Shown here: positions 50,298 to 60,609 of the stretch, piece after piece
How positions within the stretch are numbered: the first letter of the stretch is position 1
Layout of the letters: each line of letters opens with the position of its first letter
Source of the DNA: Candidatus Freyarchaeum deiterrae
Lineage (GTDB): Archaea; Asgardarchaeota; Jordiarchaeia; Jordiarchaeales; Jordiarchaeaceae
NCBI GenBank assembly: GCA_037305845.1
Contig: CP147778.1
Span: forward strand, 2,112,001 to 2,176,000
Length of the DNA: 64,000 bases
Direction of reading: 5' to 3'
Notes under the pieces: model-generated
The model's input: the letters and a program-made list of their open reading frames with translations, nothing else
What the model was told of the DNA's origin: nothing
The model's database searches: none
Translations under genes and position numbers: made by a program

Positions 50298-50450
50298 TTT
50301 TTGCCACTTCTCAAGGCTGCTTCAACCAGATTCCATTACTAACTAGGCAAATTTTTAACTTACAGTCATGTGATTTGTACATTTAGGTTTTCTGTTATGG
50401 GAAAGTTTTAAGACTATTGAATATTAGTTTTCCTTATCGGCAATTTAGGG

Positions 50451-51563
50451 ATGCCCACCGTGATTAAGGTTTTTAAGGATCTTGTTTCGAATCGTCATGA
50501 TAATGCAATCAAATGGAAAAATGAGGGTAAGAAAGTTTTCGGCTACTTCTGCACCTATGTTCCTGAGGAAATCATTCACGCTGCGGGAATAATACCCGTA
50601 AGAATGATGGGAGGTTCCGATGATATAGCTCTGGCAGACGTTCACCTACCGAGCTACGTGTGCTCCTTCGCTCGCAGTTGCTACGATCAGGGTCTTAAGG
50701 GAGTTTACAACTATCTGGATGGGGTGGTATTCCCCTGCACGTGTGATACCATTACCTCACTGTACAATATCTGGGAAGCGGACATAAAAACACCCTATGT
50801 CGGCTTCGTGGACCCCCTATGCGCGAAAACAGAAACTGCAAAGAAATATTTCCGGGAAGAAGTAGCCAGATTCAAGGAATCTCTGGAAAACTTTCTAGGG
50901 AGAGAGATTTCCAATAATTCCCTTCAGAAGTCAATAGAAGTCTATAATGAGAACAGAAGACTCTTGAAAGAGGTCTACGAACTTAGAAGGAGTTCGCATC
51001 CTCCGATTTCTGGAGTTGAAGCTCTGGATATAGTTAGGTCAGGCATGTTGATTCCTAAGGAGGAGCACAATCACTTGCTTGAAAACTTACTAGATAAAAT
51101 CTCGGAGAGGGAGAATCTGCCCGAGCAGGGTGTAAGAATACTTGTTTCGGGCAGCGTGATATACGACTCTGAAATACTGAAAATGATTGAGAACTCAGGA
51201 GGACTCATAGTAACCGACGACCTCTGCACAGGAACTCGCTACTTCTGGGATCAGGTTAATATAAACCTCCCTCCTTTGACTGGTATCGCTGACCGATACT
51301 ATGAAAGAATCCCCTGTCCCTGCAATTACTCTCCGGAGAAACGTTTAGAACACGTTCTATCTCTTATAAAGGATTACCATGTTGAGGCGGTGATCTTCAC
51401 GCTGCAAAAGTTTTGCGACCCGCACCTGTTCGACTATCCTTTCATGGAGGAGAGTTTGAAAGAGTTGGAAATACCAACACTTCTCATCGAAACAGAACAC
51501 GTGACTTCTCCCTTGGGTCCTCTAAAAACTAGAATTGAGGCTTTCTTGGAAACAGTCCAATAA
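50451..51563 (+). CDS. 2-hydroxyacyl-CoA dehydratase / Bzd-type benzoyl-CoA reductase subunit (BzdN/HgdB-like)
   Basis: GYFCTYVPEEIIHAAG, CTCD, DDLCTG.RY, KFCDPH, TRIEAFLE. Confidence 0.88.
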   Translation: MPTVIKVFKDLVSNRHDNAIKWKNEGKKVFGYFCTYVPEEIIHAAGIIPVRMMGGSDDIALADVHLPSYVCSFARSCYDQGLKGVYNYLDGVVFPCTCDTITSLYNIWEADIKTPYVGFVDPLCAKTETAKKYFREEVARFKESLENFLGREISNNSLQKSIEVYNENRRLLKEVYELRRSSHPPISGVEALDIVRSGMLIPKEEHNHLLENLLDKISERENLPEQGVRILVSGSVIYDSEILKMIENSGGLIVTDDLCTGTRYFWDQVNINLPPLTGIADRYYERIPCPCNYSPEKRLEHVLSLIKDYHVEAVIFTLQKFCDPHLFDYPFMEESLKELEIPTLLIETEHVTSPLGPLKTRIEAFLETVQ

Positions 51564-51579
51564 TGGGTGGTTGAAAATA

Positions 51580-52773
51580 TTGACGGAAAGAGTGAAAAAG
51601 TCTCTAGAGGCTTCGAAAGAAGTCTTTAATTTAGCTTCCCAACACTACTTGGGTGCACTCGAGGCGAAGAAACAGGGTAAGCTGGTTACCTGGATGACTG
51701 GGTACGATCCTGTAGAACTACTCTACGCTATGGATGTCGCTGTGGTTTATCCAGAAAATTATTCCGCACTATGCGCCGTTACACAGTCAGCACCAAAATT
51801 TATTGAAACATGCGAACGTTTAGGATATTCCAGTAATCTGTGTTCTTATGCTCGGAACACCATAGGAACGACGTTTGAGGAGGGAGCCCCCCTTGGCGGT
51901 CTTGCTCCTCCCGACTTTCTGGTGGTTGCGCGAAAGTTCTGTAAGACTCATATCAAATGGTGGCAGGTTCTGAGCCGTAGGTTTAACTGTCCCCTCTTCA
52001 TAATAGACTCTCCCTACGTTACTGATAAAGTGGAAGACTACCACATTGACCACTATGTATCCCAACTTGAAGACTTGATAGACTTCCTAGAAGAGCAAAC
52101 AGGTAGAAAACTAGACTATGATAAACTCGCAGAAGTTGTTAAGCTCTCCGATAGGGCGAGTGAGCTTTGGGATGAAGTTATGGCAATGCGTAGGAATGTT
52201 CCCTGCCCTGTTGGAGCAACTGATGTACTATCCTGTATGTTTGCCATTGTAACGCTGCCAGGCACTAAGACCGCTGTTGAATTCTACGAAAGGCTGAGAG
52301 ACGAGGTTAAGGAGAGGGCCGAGAACAAGATTGGTGTGGTGCCTGTAGAGAAGCATCGTCTGCTCTGGGACAACATCGTCCTCTGGTACAATGTAGGTTT
52401 ATCAAACTATTTCCAAAAGTTCGGAGCGGTTTTTGTTCTGGAGCCATACACCATGGTTTGGAGCGGACGTTTAGATCCTTCAAATCCTTTAGAGTCTCTA
52501 GCAAGAAAGTACCTGTTTCCCTTCATAGGGCTAAAGAACAGGGGGGATGCAATGGTTGAGCTTTGTAAACTGTACAAGGTGGATGGTGCTGTGATGCACT
52601 CTAACAGAAGCTGCAAGTTTTTATCTCTGCTAGAATACGAGCTAAAAGATCGTTTGATGGAAGAACTTGGAATCCCCTCATTGATAATCGAAGGAGACCA
52701 CTGTGATAGTAGAGCCTACTCCGATGCACAAATTAAGATGAGAATCCAAGCTTTTATGGAGATGCTGGGATAG
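51580..52773 (+). CDS. 2-hydroxyacyl-CoA dehydratase / Bzd-type benzoyl-CoA reductase subunit (BzdO/HgdA-like)
   Basis: PENY.A, LCSYAR, KWWQ, RLLWD, HSNRSCK, EGDH.D.R, RIQAFME; start placed at TTG 51580. Confidence 0.88.
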   Translation: MTERVKKSLEASKEVFNLASQHYLGALEAKKQGKLVTWMTGYDPVELLYAMDVAVVYPENYSALCAVTQSAPKFIETCERLGYSSNLCSYARNTIGTTFEEGAPLGGLAPPDFLVVARKFCKTHIKWWQVLSRRFNCPLFIIDSPYVTDKVEDYHIDHYVSQLEDLIDFLEEQTGRKLDYDKLAEVVKLSDRASELWDEVMAMRRNVPCPVGATDVLSCMFAIVTLPGTKTAVEFYERLRDEVKERAENKIGVVPVEKHRLLWDNIVLWYNVGLSNYFQKFGAVFVLEPYTMVWSGRLDPSNPLESLARKYLFPFIGLKNRGDAMVELCKLYKVDGAVMHSNRSCKFLSLLEYELKDRLMEELGIPSLIIEGDHCDSRAYSDAQIKMRIQAFMEMLG

Positions 52774-52777
52774 CGCG

Positions 52778-53560
52778 ATGTACACTGCTGGGATTGATAT
52801 AGGCGCGCTTACGGCGAAGTCCATTATTCTAGAAGATGAAAAACCCTTAGCTTTCATAGTAATACCTTCGGGTTCGAACAGTAAAGAGACGGCGGAAAAA
52901 GTAATGGAGGCTACTTTAGGTAAAGCTGGGCTTTCTCAGGAGGACATTTCATTTACTGTCGCAACGGGGTATGGTCGTGTGAATGTTCCCTTCGCCGATA
53001 AGCAGGTTACCGAGATATCCTGCCACGCTAAGGGTGCCTACTCCCTTTTTCCCACAGTAAGAACGGTTATAGATATTGGTGGACAGGACAGTAAGGCTAT
53101 TAAAATCGGGAAAGACGGTAGGGTAATAGATTTTGCTATGAATGACAGATGTGCGGCAGGAACTGGTAGATTTTTGGAAGTTATGGCTAAGGCGCTAGAG
53201 GTGAGATTGGAGGATCTGGGGGAACTTTCACTTCAGTCTAAAAACAAAGCCAAGATTAGTAATATTTGCACCGTTTTTGCGGAGTCGGAGGTCATTTCGC
53301 GAATATCTGAGGGAACCCCAAAAGTAGATATCATAGCTGGTATACACGATGCTATTGCTAACAGAGTCTTTGGGATGGCGAGCCGTGTAAAAATTGAAAA
53401 GGATTTGGTTATGACGGGTGGGGTTGCCAAAAACAGCGGCGTTATAAAGTCTTTGGAGGAGAAGGTGGGTTTCAAAATTCTGGTTTCCGAAGAACCGCAA
53501 ATAGTTGGTGCTCTTGGTGCTGCCATAATAGCACGAGAAAATGCCTCGAAACAGTTTTGA
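52778..53560 (+). CDS. ATP-dependent activase (HgdC/BzdQ/BadF family)
   Basis: GIDIG, TGYGR, EISCH, DIGGQD, MNDRCAAGTG, CTVFAESE, GGVA. Confidence 0.95.
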   Translation: MYTAGIDIGALTAKSIILEDEKPLAFIVIPSGSNSKETAEKVMEATLGKAGLSQEDISFTVATGYGRVNVPFADKQVTEISCHAKGAYSLFPTVRTVIDIGGQDSKAIKIGKDGRVIDFAMNDRCAAGTGRFLEVMAKALEVRLEDLGELSLQSKNKAKISNICTVFAESEVISRISEGTPKVDIIAGIHDAIANRVFGMASRVKIEKDLVMTGGVAKNSGVIKSLEEKVGFKILVSEEPQIVGALGAAIIARENASKQF

Positions 53561-53738
53561 TGTTTATAAAAAAGGGAATTAAAAAAGATACTTTTATAGG
53601 TCTTTGGAAAATAATTTTACATAATAGTGTTAATAATATGATGAGGTAAGAGAGGGATGCCTTCGTAACCTCTCAAAAAGCCGATTGAACTCGAACTGTT
53701 AAAAAGGGTTTGAAAAAAATTGTTGGTGGTGTTTAGGA

Positions 53739-55127
53739 GTGGTTGACCTAAAGCCGAAGTATTTTACTGAAGAAGAAATTATAGAATTACTAACCGAAGT
53801 AACTGATGAGGAGTTACAAAGTTGTCACAAACACGAACTTGTTCCGTCGAAAGATGTGATTATGTTTCAGGGAACACCAGGAGAGGCTACAGTTAAGGAT
53901 ACCAAGGATAATGAGTACATTGACTTCACTGCCCAAGCTTGGTCACTGGGAGCAGGCTACATACAACAGGATGTTATGTTCGCCGCAATGGAGCAAATGA
54001 AACATCTCTCACATAACCGCAACCATTTTCAAACGATTCCCCGAATAAAACTAGTAAACAAACTCTCAGAAATGGCACCAGGAGACCTAAAGAATGTGGT
54101 GCTGAACACCCAGGGTGGATCAGTTGCGGTTGAAGTAGCTTTGAAGATTGCCATGGTGAACAGACCGGCTATAGCGGACATTTTCATAACAATGTGGGGC
54201 GGATACCACGGGAACACCCTAGCCATGACGTCTCCCACACATTTCATGCCCCTAGTGGTTAGATACAAGGGATTCGGGAGAGAACACTTCGTTAAATCAC
54301 CCTTCCCATATTGCTACCGATGCCCATTCGGTCAAAAAGACGTTTCGGAATGTGGAGATCTATGCCTAAAGATGCTCGAAGGGACCATAGACTACGGCTG
54401 CCAAGGATTGCCAATCGGGATAGTTATAGAACCGATACAGGGTCCTCACGGCGAGATACCCTCACCCCCCGAGTTTATTAAGGGCGCCAGAGAGCTTTGC
54501 AATAAAAACAATCTTCTGCTTATTTTCGACGAGGCTCAAACCGCCTTCGGCAAGATAGGAAAAATGTTTGCGGCAGAATACTATGAAACTATACCAGACA
54601 TCATGGCTCTCACCAAAGCCCTAGGAGGCGGGTTACCAATGGGCGCAACACTAGCTAGTGAAAAACTGGGAATGTTTACCCCCGCTGAGCAACATAGTAC
54701 TTTCAGCTCGAATCCCGTTAGCTTCGCCGCTGCATTAATAAACTTGGAACTTATCCAAAGACTCGATTTGCCCAAGAGAGCCGAGGAGATGGGAAAGTAT
54801 CTGAAAAAAAGACTCCTAGACCTGCAAGAAAACTACCCCATAATGGGCGACGTGCGAGGAATTGGGTTATTCCAGGGAGTTGAACTAGTAAAAGACCCCG
54901 AAACAAAGGAGCCTGCAAACACCGCAGCAGAAGAATTTGTTGCAGAAGCACTTAAAAAAGGTCTAATATTAGACCTATGCGAACCGGTGATAACGCTACA
55001 CGGACAATTCATAAGGAGCACTCTAACCATAAAACCGCCCATAATAATAACCAGGGAACAAGTAGATCGGGCACTAGAAATCTTTGAAGAGTGTCTGCAA
55101 GCAGTTACTCCTCTAATAAAAAACTAA
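53739..55127 (+). CDS. Class III aminotransferase
   Basis: GGSVAVE, YHGNT, EPIQG, FDEAQTAFGKIG, PDIMALTKALGGG, STFS. Confidence 0.93.
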   Translation: MVDLKPKYFTEEEIIELLTEVTDEELQSCHKHELVPSKDVIMFQGTPGEATVKDTKDNEYIDFTAQAWSLGAGYIQQDVMFAAMEQMKHLSHNRNHFQTIPRIKLVNKLSEMAPGDLKNVVLNTQGGSVAVEVALKIAMVNRPAIADIFITMWGGYHGNTLAMTSPTHFMPLVVRYKGFGREHFVKSPFPYCYRCPFGQKDVSECGDLCLKMLEGTIDYGCQGLPIGIVIEPIQGPHGEIPSPPEFIKGARELCNKNNLLLIFDEAQTAFGKIGKMFAAEYYETIPDIMALTKALGGGLPMGATLASEKLGMFTPAEQHSTFSSNPVSFAAALINLELIQRLDLPKRAEEMGKYLKKRLLDLQENYPIMGDVRGIGLFQGVELVKDPETKEPANTAAEEFVAEALKKGLILDLCEPVITLHGQFIRSTLTIKPPIIITREQVDRALEIFEECLQAVTPLIKN

Positions 55128-55361
55128 AAACCGAAGCAAGCTAAAATTATTTCCCTACAATTTTTATTTTTTTTAACTTCTCTCTAACCGAGAATTTTAT
55201 CGAACCTTTTTCTTCTACACAGGTTAAGATAAACCGTTCCAAACTTGTTTTTTTTATGTCTCGAAGAGCTGTTTAAGAAACTATTTAAGAATGCAAATTC
55301 CTTAAAATATATTTAAAAAATGAAGAGTTTTGAAAATAGAATAGTTGGAGGTTAAAGAGAG

Positions 55362-56960
55362 TTGGGAGAACAATGCATACTAACACATGATGTAGGAACA
55401 TCAGGAGACAAAGCAGCTCTGGTAGGAACATCGGGCAAAATACTCGGAACCGCAGAGAAAGACTACGACGTGGACTATCCACAACCGGGATGGGCTGAGC
55501 AGGACCCCAAACAGTACTGGGACGCAGTAGTAGAAACAACCAGAACACTCTTAAAAAAGTCAAAAATTAACCCCAAAGAAGTGATAGGAATAAGCCTAGA
55601 CGCCCAGATGATGGCAGCAATACCAGTAGACAAAGACTGCAACGCCCTCCGACCAGCAATGATCTGGCTCGACTCCCGAAGCCAAAAACAATCAGCAGAA
55701 TTCGAAAAAAAATTCGACCCCATAAGCCAACTGCTCGACATGGGAAACCTACCCATGACCACCGCAAAGGACGTCATACCCAAAATCTGGTGGATCCGAG
55801 ACAACGAGCCCAAAGTTTTTGAGAAAGCCTACAAATGGTGCGATGTTAAAGACTACGTAATCCGCAAACTCGTAGGAGAATTCTACACGGATTGGAGCAC
55901 CGCTCTCCTCTTCGGCCTTTTCCACATCCAAAACCATGTCTGGGTCGACCAAATAATCGAAGGAGTAGGCTTATCAAGAGATAAGCTCTGCGAAGTCACC
56001 AAAACCACGGATGTTATAGGAACCCTAACAAAAGAAGCAGCCCGCGAATTGGGACTCACCACAGAAACATCTGTAATCTGTGGCGCAGGTGACGCACCAG
56101 CCACTAATGTGGGTTCAGGCGCAATTAAAACCCTTGAAGGACACCTATACCTAGGCTCATCCGGATGGGTCTCCGTAACAATGGATAATTTTGCCGTTGA
56201 CCCCGAAACAGGCATCGCAACCATCTACTCCGGAGTCCCAGGAAAATTCATGCTCATCGGCGAAATGGAAAGCGTCGCCGCACCCTTCAAATGGTTCAGA
56301 GACAAGCTCGCCACAGCAGAGTGCCAAACAGCCACAGAACGAAACGTTGACCCCTACGACATCATAAACGAAGAAGCAGCGGCAGTAGGACCGGGCGCAA
56401 AGAAATTAATCTTTCTACCATGGATGCTCGGAGAAAGGGCACCAATACAGGACACCACAGTCAGAGGCGGCTTCATCAACCTAAGCTTCCACCACGGCCC
56501 ACCCGAGATCGCAAGATCCATACTGGAAGGAGTAGCCTACCACATAAGGTGGATAACAAAAAACATTCAGAAAATCCTCGACCGAGGCGTCCTAGACCCA
56601 AACCAACCCAAACCCGAAATCAAATCCCTAAACGCCTGCGGAGGAGGAGCAATAAGCCCCCTCTGGATGCAAATATTCGCCGACGTACTCGACAAGAGAA
56701 TACGCCTCATCAAAGAACCCCGCTCTGTAGCAGCACTTGGAATCGCAATAATATCAATGATCGGACTAAAAATATACCCGGACTTTGAAACTGCAGTAAA
56801 CAAAATAATAAAAACCGATAAAGACTACTACCCAAACGAAAACCTGAAACCAATATACGACGAAATGTACAATGTCTACGAAGGAATCTACCCAAAACTA
56901 AAAGACGTTTACCAAACCCTTAACAAGGGCGAAACAACCAAAAAAATAATAGAACCCTAA
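55362..56960 (+). CDS. FGGY carbohydrate kinase (xylulokinase-like)
   Basis: DVGTSG.KA, WAEQDP, IWLDSR, GAGD, GERAP, GGGA. Confidence 0.92.
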   Translation: MGEQCILTHDVGTSGDKAALVGTSGKILGTAEKDYDVDYPQPGWAEQDPKQYWDAVVETTRTLLKKSKINPKEVIGISLDAQMMAAIPVDKDCNALRPAMIWLDSRSQKQSAEFEKKFDPISQLLDMGNLPMTTAKDVIPKIWWIRDNEPKVFEKAYKWCDVKDYVIRKLVGEFYTDWSTALLFGLFHIQNHVWVDQIIEGVGLSRDKLCEVTKTTDVIGTLTKEAARELGLTTETSVICGAGDAPATNVGSGAIKTLEGHLYLGSSGWVSVTMDNFAVDPETGIATIYSGVPGKFMLIGEMESVAAPFKWFRDKLATAECQTATERNVDPYDIINEEAAAVGPGAKKLIFLPWMLGERAPIQDTTVRGGFINLSFHHGPPEIARSILEGVAYHIRWITKNIQKILDRGVLDPNQPKPEIKSLNACGGGAISPLWMQIFADVLDKRIRLIKEPRSVAALGIAIISMIGLKIYPDFETAVNKIIKTDKDYYPNENLKPIYDEMYNVYEGIYPKLKDVYQTLNKGETTKKIIEP

Positions 56961-57069
56961 CCCCATTTCCCCCTTTTTAGATTCCCACTAACAGAGTTAA
57001 AGATGATAGTGTGTTATAAGGGGCTAATAGCAAATGTTTATATCTTGAGGAGCCTCTTGATTTTTTATC

Positions 57070-57945
57070 ATGTATCCTCTACCTTTTGATTATTTTTCGC
57101 CAAAAAGTCTCGGCGAAGCTTTGGAGCTTTACGGGGATGGCTCAGAGATTAAAATACTAGCAGGTGGGCAGAGCCTGATACCTTCTCTGAAATTGAGATT
57201 GGTTTCTTTGAAAGGCGTGGTGGATATAACGGGCATCAAAGAACTTGATTATGTACGTAAAGATGAAGACTTGCTTAGGATAGGGGCGTTAACAACTACT
57301 GCCATCTTGGAAAGTGATGAAATAATCGCATCTTCAATGCCCATTCTAAAGGAGGCTGCGGCTCAAATTGCTGACCCCTTAGTAAGGAATAGGGGCACAG
57401 TGGGCGGCAATTTGTGTTATCCTGATCCAGTGTATGATTTGCCAGCGGTGATGCTCGCCTTAAACGCGTCAATGGTTGCGGCTAGCAAAAAGGGAACCAG
57501 AAGGATTAGCGCTGATTCGTTCTTCATAGACTCATTTAAGACCGCATTGAAGCCTGGAGAGATTCTTACCGAAGTCGAGGTGCCGTTGCAGCTGGGCAGG
57601 TTTGGGGGCGCATATTGCAAAGTGAAGAAGGGCTCGGGAGGCTATTCTATTGCTGGCGTCGCGTCCTGTCTTTCAGTTGCGGATGATGATGGTGCCATTT
57701 CTGGATGCCGGATCGGATTGACTGCTGTTGGTCCTAAGGCTCTAAGAGCTGAGAAAGCAGAACAAGCTCTTCTGAAAAGAGTGCCAACGCCATCTACGTT
57801 GGATAAAGCTGCTGCATTGGCTGTAAAGGCTTCAAAGCCGTCTTCTGACTCCAATGCGTCAGAGGGTTATAGGCGCAAGGTGTTATACAAGCTTGTAAAA
57901 GACTCGGTAGAAGCAGCTTATGGCAGGGCAACCCAAGTGAGGTGA
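57070..57945 (+). CDS. Xanthine oxidase-family FAD subunit (CoxM/CutB-like)
   Basis: LAGGQSLIP, VRNRGTVGGN. Confidence 0.92.
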   Translation: MYPLPFDYFSPKSLGEALELYGDGSEIKILAGGQSLIPSLKLRLVSLKGVVDITGIKELDYVRKDEDLLRIGALTTTAILESDEIIASSMPILKEAAAQIADPLVRNRGTVGGNLCYPDPVYDLPAVMLALNASMVAASKKGTRRISADSFFIDSFKTALKPGEILTEVEVPLQLGRFGGAYCKVKKGSGGYSIAGVASCLSVADDDGAISGCRIGLTAVGPKALRAEKAEQALLKRVPTPSTLDKAAALAVKASKPSSDSNASEGYRRKVLYKLVKDSVEAAYGRATQVR

Positions 57946-57951
57946 CGGGAA

Positions 57952-58425
57952 ATGAAGATAAATTTTAGGGTAAATGGAGAAGATGTTGAACTTGATGTGG
58001 AGCCGAGGAGGCTTCTTGTGAGTGTACTTAGGGATGAGCTTGGGCTCACTGGAACGCATATGGGTTGTGATACTACGAATTGCGGTGCATGTGCTGTCTT
58101 GGTGGATGGCAAGGTAATCAAGTCGTGTACGATGCTTGCGGTTCAGGCGGATGGCAAGGAGATACTTACCATAGAGGGTTTGGCGAAAGAGGGCGAGTTG
58201 CACCCTGTTCAGCGTGCTTTTTTGGAGAAGCATGGATTGCAGTGCGGTTTCTGCACGCCGGGAATGATAATGACGTCTTACTGGCTTCTGAGCCAAAACA
58301 AGGACCAAGATGAGGAGGAGATAAAGAGGCTGCTCTCGGGAAACCTGTGCAGGTGCACGGGTTACCATGGAATTGTAGAGTCTGTAAAATACGCTAGGAT
58401 GCTTATGGAGAAAGAGGGGAGGTAA
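57952..58425 (+). CDS. Xanthine oxidase-family 2Fe-2S subunit (CoxS/CutC-like)
   Basis: [27 protein letters not shown]. Confidence 0.95.
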   Translation: MKINFRVNGEDVELDVEPRRLLVSVLRDELGLTGTHMGCDTTNCGACAVLVDGKVIKSCTMLAVQADGKEILTIEGLAKEGELHPVQRAFLEKHGLQCGFCTPGMIMTSYWLLSQNKDQDEEEIKRLLSGNLCRCTGYHGIVESVKYARMLMEKEGR

Positions 58426-58429
58426 TGCT

Positions 58430-60457
58430 ATGGGAGGACCTGAATTATTTGTTAGGGGCGCAGGGCGATATGTGGATGATATTAAGTTGCCACACATGCT
58501 GTATATGATGGTAGCTAGGAGCCCTTACGCGAGGGCAAGGGTACTTTCTGTGAAGGGCGGTATTAATAGGGATGATCTGAAGGCGCTTGTAGGTGGGTTT
58601 GGAGAGGGCGGGCGCTCAGATGTTGATCCTGTTTTGCTGCATCCTGTTTTTGCTCAGGATACTGTGAATTATGTCGGTCAGCCGGTTGCTGCGGTGTTTG
58701 CGGATGACCGTTACGTTGCTAGAGACAAGCTGGATGAAGTAGAAGTTGAATATGAGCAGTTGAAGCCTATTATGACTATAGACGACTCTCTTTCCAGCGA
58801 GCCTATTCATGCTGGTACTAAATCAAACATCATACGACAGTCATGGATGGGTGCCGATTTTGAGGATCCCAAGTCTCCTGTTGTACTGGAAGACGAGTTT
58901 ACGATAGGAAGGGTTGTGAATAACCCTCTCGAACCGAGAGGAATAATCGCGGATTATGATGGCTCCAGATTGACCGTTTACATCTCTACACAGGCGGTAT
59001 TCAGCATAAAGGCTGGGTTGTGCAGTGTCCTGAAGCTGGATAGTTCCAAGGTTAGGGTTTTGCAGGCAGACACAGGAGGCGCGTTCGGGTCGAAAAGTGC
59101 GCTATATCCTGAATACGTCATGGCAGCTTACGCGGCAATGAAATACAAGCAACCAGTGAAGTGGATTGAGAGCCGTAGCGAACACCTAGCCGCTAGTCAA
59201 CCAGGCAGAGGCATGCGTGGCAAGATGAAGATATTTGCCGACAAAGATGGAAAGGTTGACGCGTTGCGTGGCGAGGTAACCACAGACGCTGGTGCTTTTG
59301 GCGGGACTTCTGGAACCTCTTCGGCGTTTTTCGTGGCACTGCAGTTGACAGGACCTTATGGAATAGGAAAGGCGTATGTGCAAGCAACTTCCGTTATGAC
59401 GAACAAGCCTCCTCAAGGTCCCTACCGGGGCGCGGGGAGACCGGAGGCTGCTTTCTTCATGGAAAGAATGATGGACCTGCTTGCCGACGAGCTTGGAAAA
59501 GAAGCAGATGAAGTACGCCTCATTAACACCACCACAGAGAGCTTCAAGTCGCCACTTGGCCTACAGATTGAAGCGTCGCGTCCGTTCTATGAGAATGCTG
59601 TTGCCGAGCTAAAGTACAGGGAAAAATCAAAAAGCAGCAAGGCAGGGCTGGGCTTTTTCGTTCTGTTTCCCGCAGCCTTCATGGGGGAGACTGCTAGAAT
59701 AAAAATTAAGGACGGCAAGGTAGACGTTTGGCTCGGAGGAAACCAACACGGCCAGGCACACACTGCCTTTGTAAAGAGATTACTCAATGAAGAACTCGGA
59801 ATCCCCAACGACTTGGTAACGCTAAACAACGGAGACACTGACATGCTTGAGAAAGGCGTCGGAACCTGGGGAAGCAGATCCGCAATCGTGGGCGGGGCAG
59901 CCGTTGTCACCGCAGCCAGAAAATTGAAGGAGCAAGTAGAAAGCGAGCACGGAAGCTACACGACAGAAGCCCTGCTAGAAGGAGATTATAATGCAGAAGT
60001 TTTCTACGACTACAGAGCACAGTTAAACTCCTTCGGCGCAGCCCTCGCAACAGTAAGCATCAATAAGTATGGCATGGTCAACGTAAAAGAGTCTGCAGCT
60101 TGTTACGATGTGGGTAGGGCACTCACCCCCGGCGTAGTAGAAAGCCAGATAATCGGGGGAACTATTCAGGGAATCGGCCAAGTATTGTATGAGAGCGTTG
60201 TGCACGATTCGGAAGGCAGACTGCTGACAAAAAGCCTCTTCGACGCAGGCTTACCCGTAGCCGAAAACATGCCAGAATTCCAAGTCAAGATAATCGAAAA
60301 CCCCTCTTCACTACCTCATGGCGCTAAAGGCCTAGGCGAGGCCCCAACAATAGGCACACCGGTCGCCCTTGTGAGAGCCATCGAAAGAATATCCGGCAAA
60401 AGAATAACGCATACGCCAGTCAAACCTGAAGAATTAATTGAAGATTCAGACACATAA
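58430..60457 (+). CDS. Xanthine oxidase-family molybdopterin subunit (aldehyde oxidoreductase-like)
   Basis: GGAFGSK, PYRGAGRPEA, HGQ, GTWGSRS, AKGLGE. Confidence 0.92.
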   Translation: MGGPELFVRGAGRYVDDIKLPHMLYMMVARSPYARARVLSVKGGINRDDLKALVGGFGEGGRSDVDPVLLHPVFAQDTVNYVGQPVAAVFADDRYVARDKLDEVEVEYEQLKPIMTIDDSLSSEPIHAGTKSNIIRQSWMGADFEDPKSPVVLEDEFTIGRVVNNPLEPRGIIADYDGSRLTVYISTQAVFSIKAGLCSVLKLDSSKVRVLQADTGGAFGSKSALYPEYVMAAYAAMKYKQPVKWIESRSEHLAASQPGRGMRGKMKIFADKDGKVDALRGEVTTDAGAFGGTSGTSSAFFVALQLTGPYGIGKAYVQATSVMTNKPPQGPYRGAGRPEAAFFMERMMDLLADELGKEADEVRLINTTTESFKSPLGLQIEASRPFYENAVAELKYREKSKSSKAGLGFFVLFPAAFMGETARIKIKDGKVDVWLGGNQHGQAHTAFVKRLLNEELGIPNDLVTLNNGDTDMLEKGVGTWGSRSAIVGGAAVVTAARKLKEQVESEHGSYTTEALLEGDYNAEVFYDYRAQLNSFGAALATVSINKYGMVNVKESAACYDVGRALTPGVVESQIIGGTIQGIGQVLYESVVHDSEGRLLTKSLFDAGLPVAENMPEFQVKIIENPSSLPHGAKGLGEAPTIGTPVALVRAIERISGKRITHTPVKPEELIEDSDT

Positions 60458-60609
60458 CTTACACTTTTTTAACAGCAAAGAGATCTAGGCACGCCAAGGC
60501 TGCAAGGCTAAACTAATTATTATTCAACTTTTGATTAGTTGTTTCAAATTATCGCTAGGACGGGGATGCTCAATTCACCTTTCTCCACGTTCAATGAAAA
60601 GCATCCTAG

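Noticed and set aside
56560-56630. In-frame intron in the FGGY kinase (ILDRGVLDPNQPKPE insert)
   Set aside because: Only a 4-bp hairpin and no BHB geometry; more likely a surface loop.
57070-60457. Aerobic CO dehydrogenase (form I CoxL)
   Set aside because: The active-site loop is YRGAGR, not AYxCSFR.
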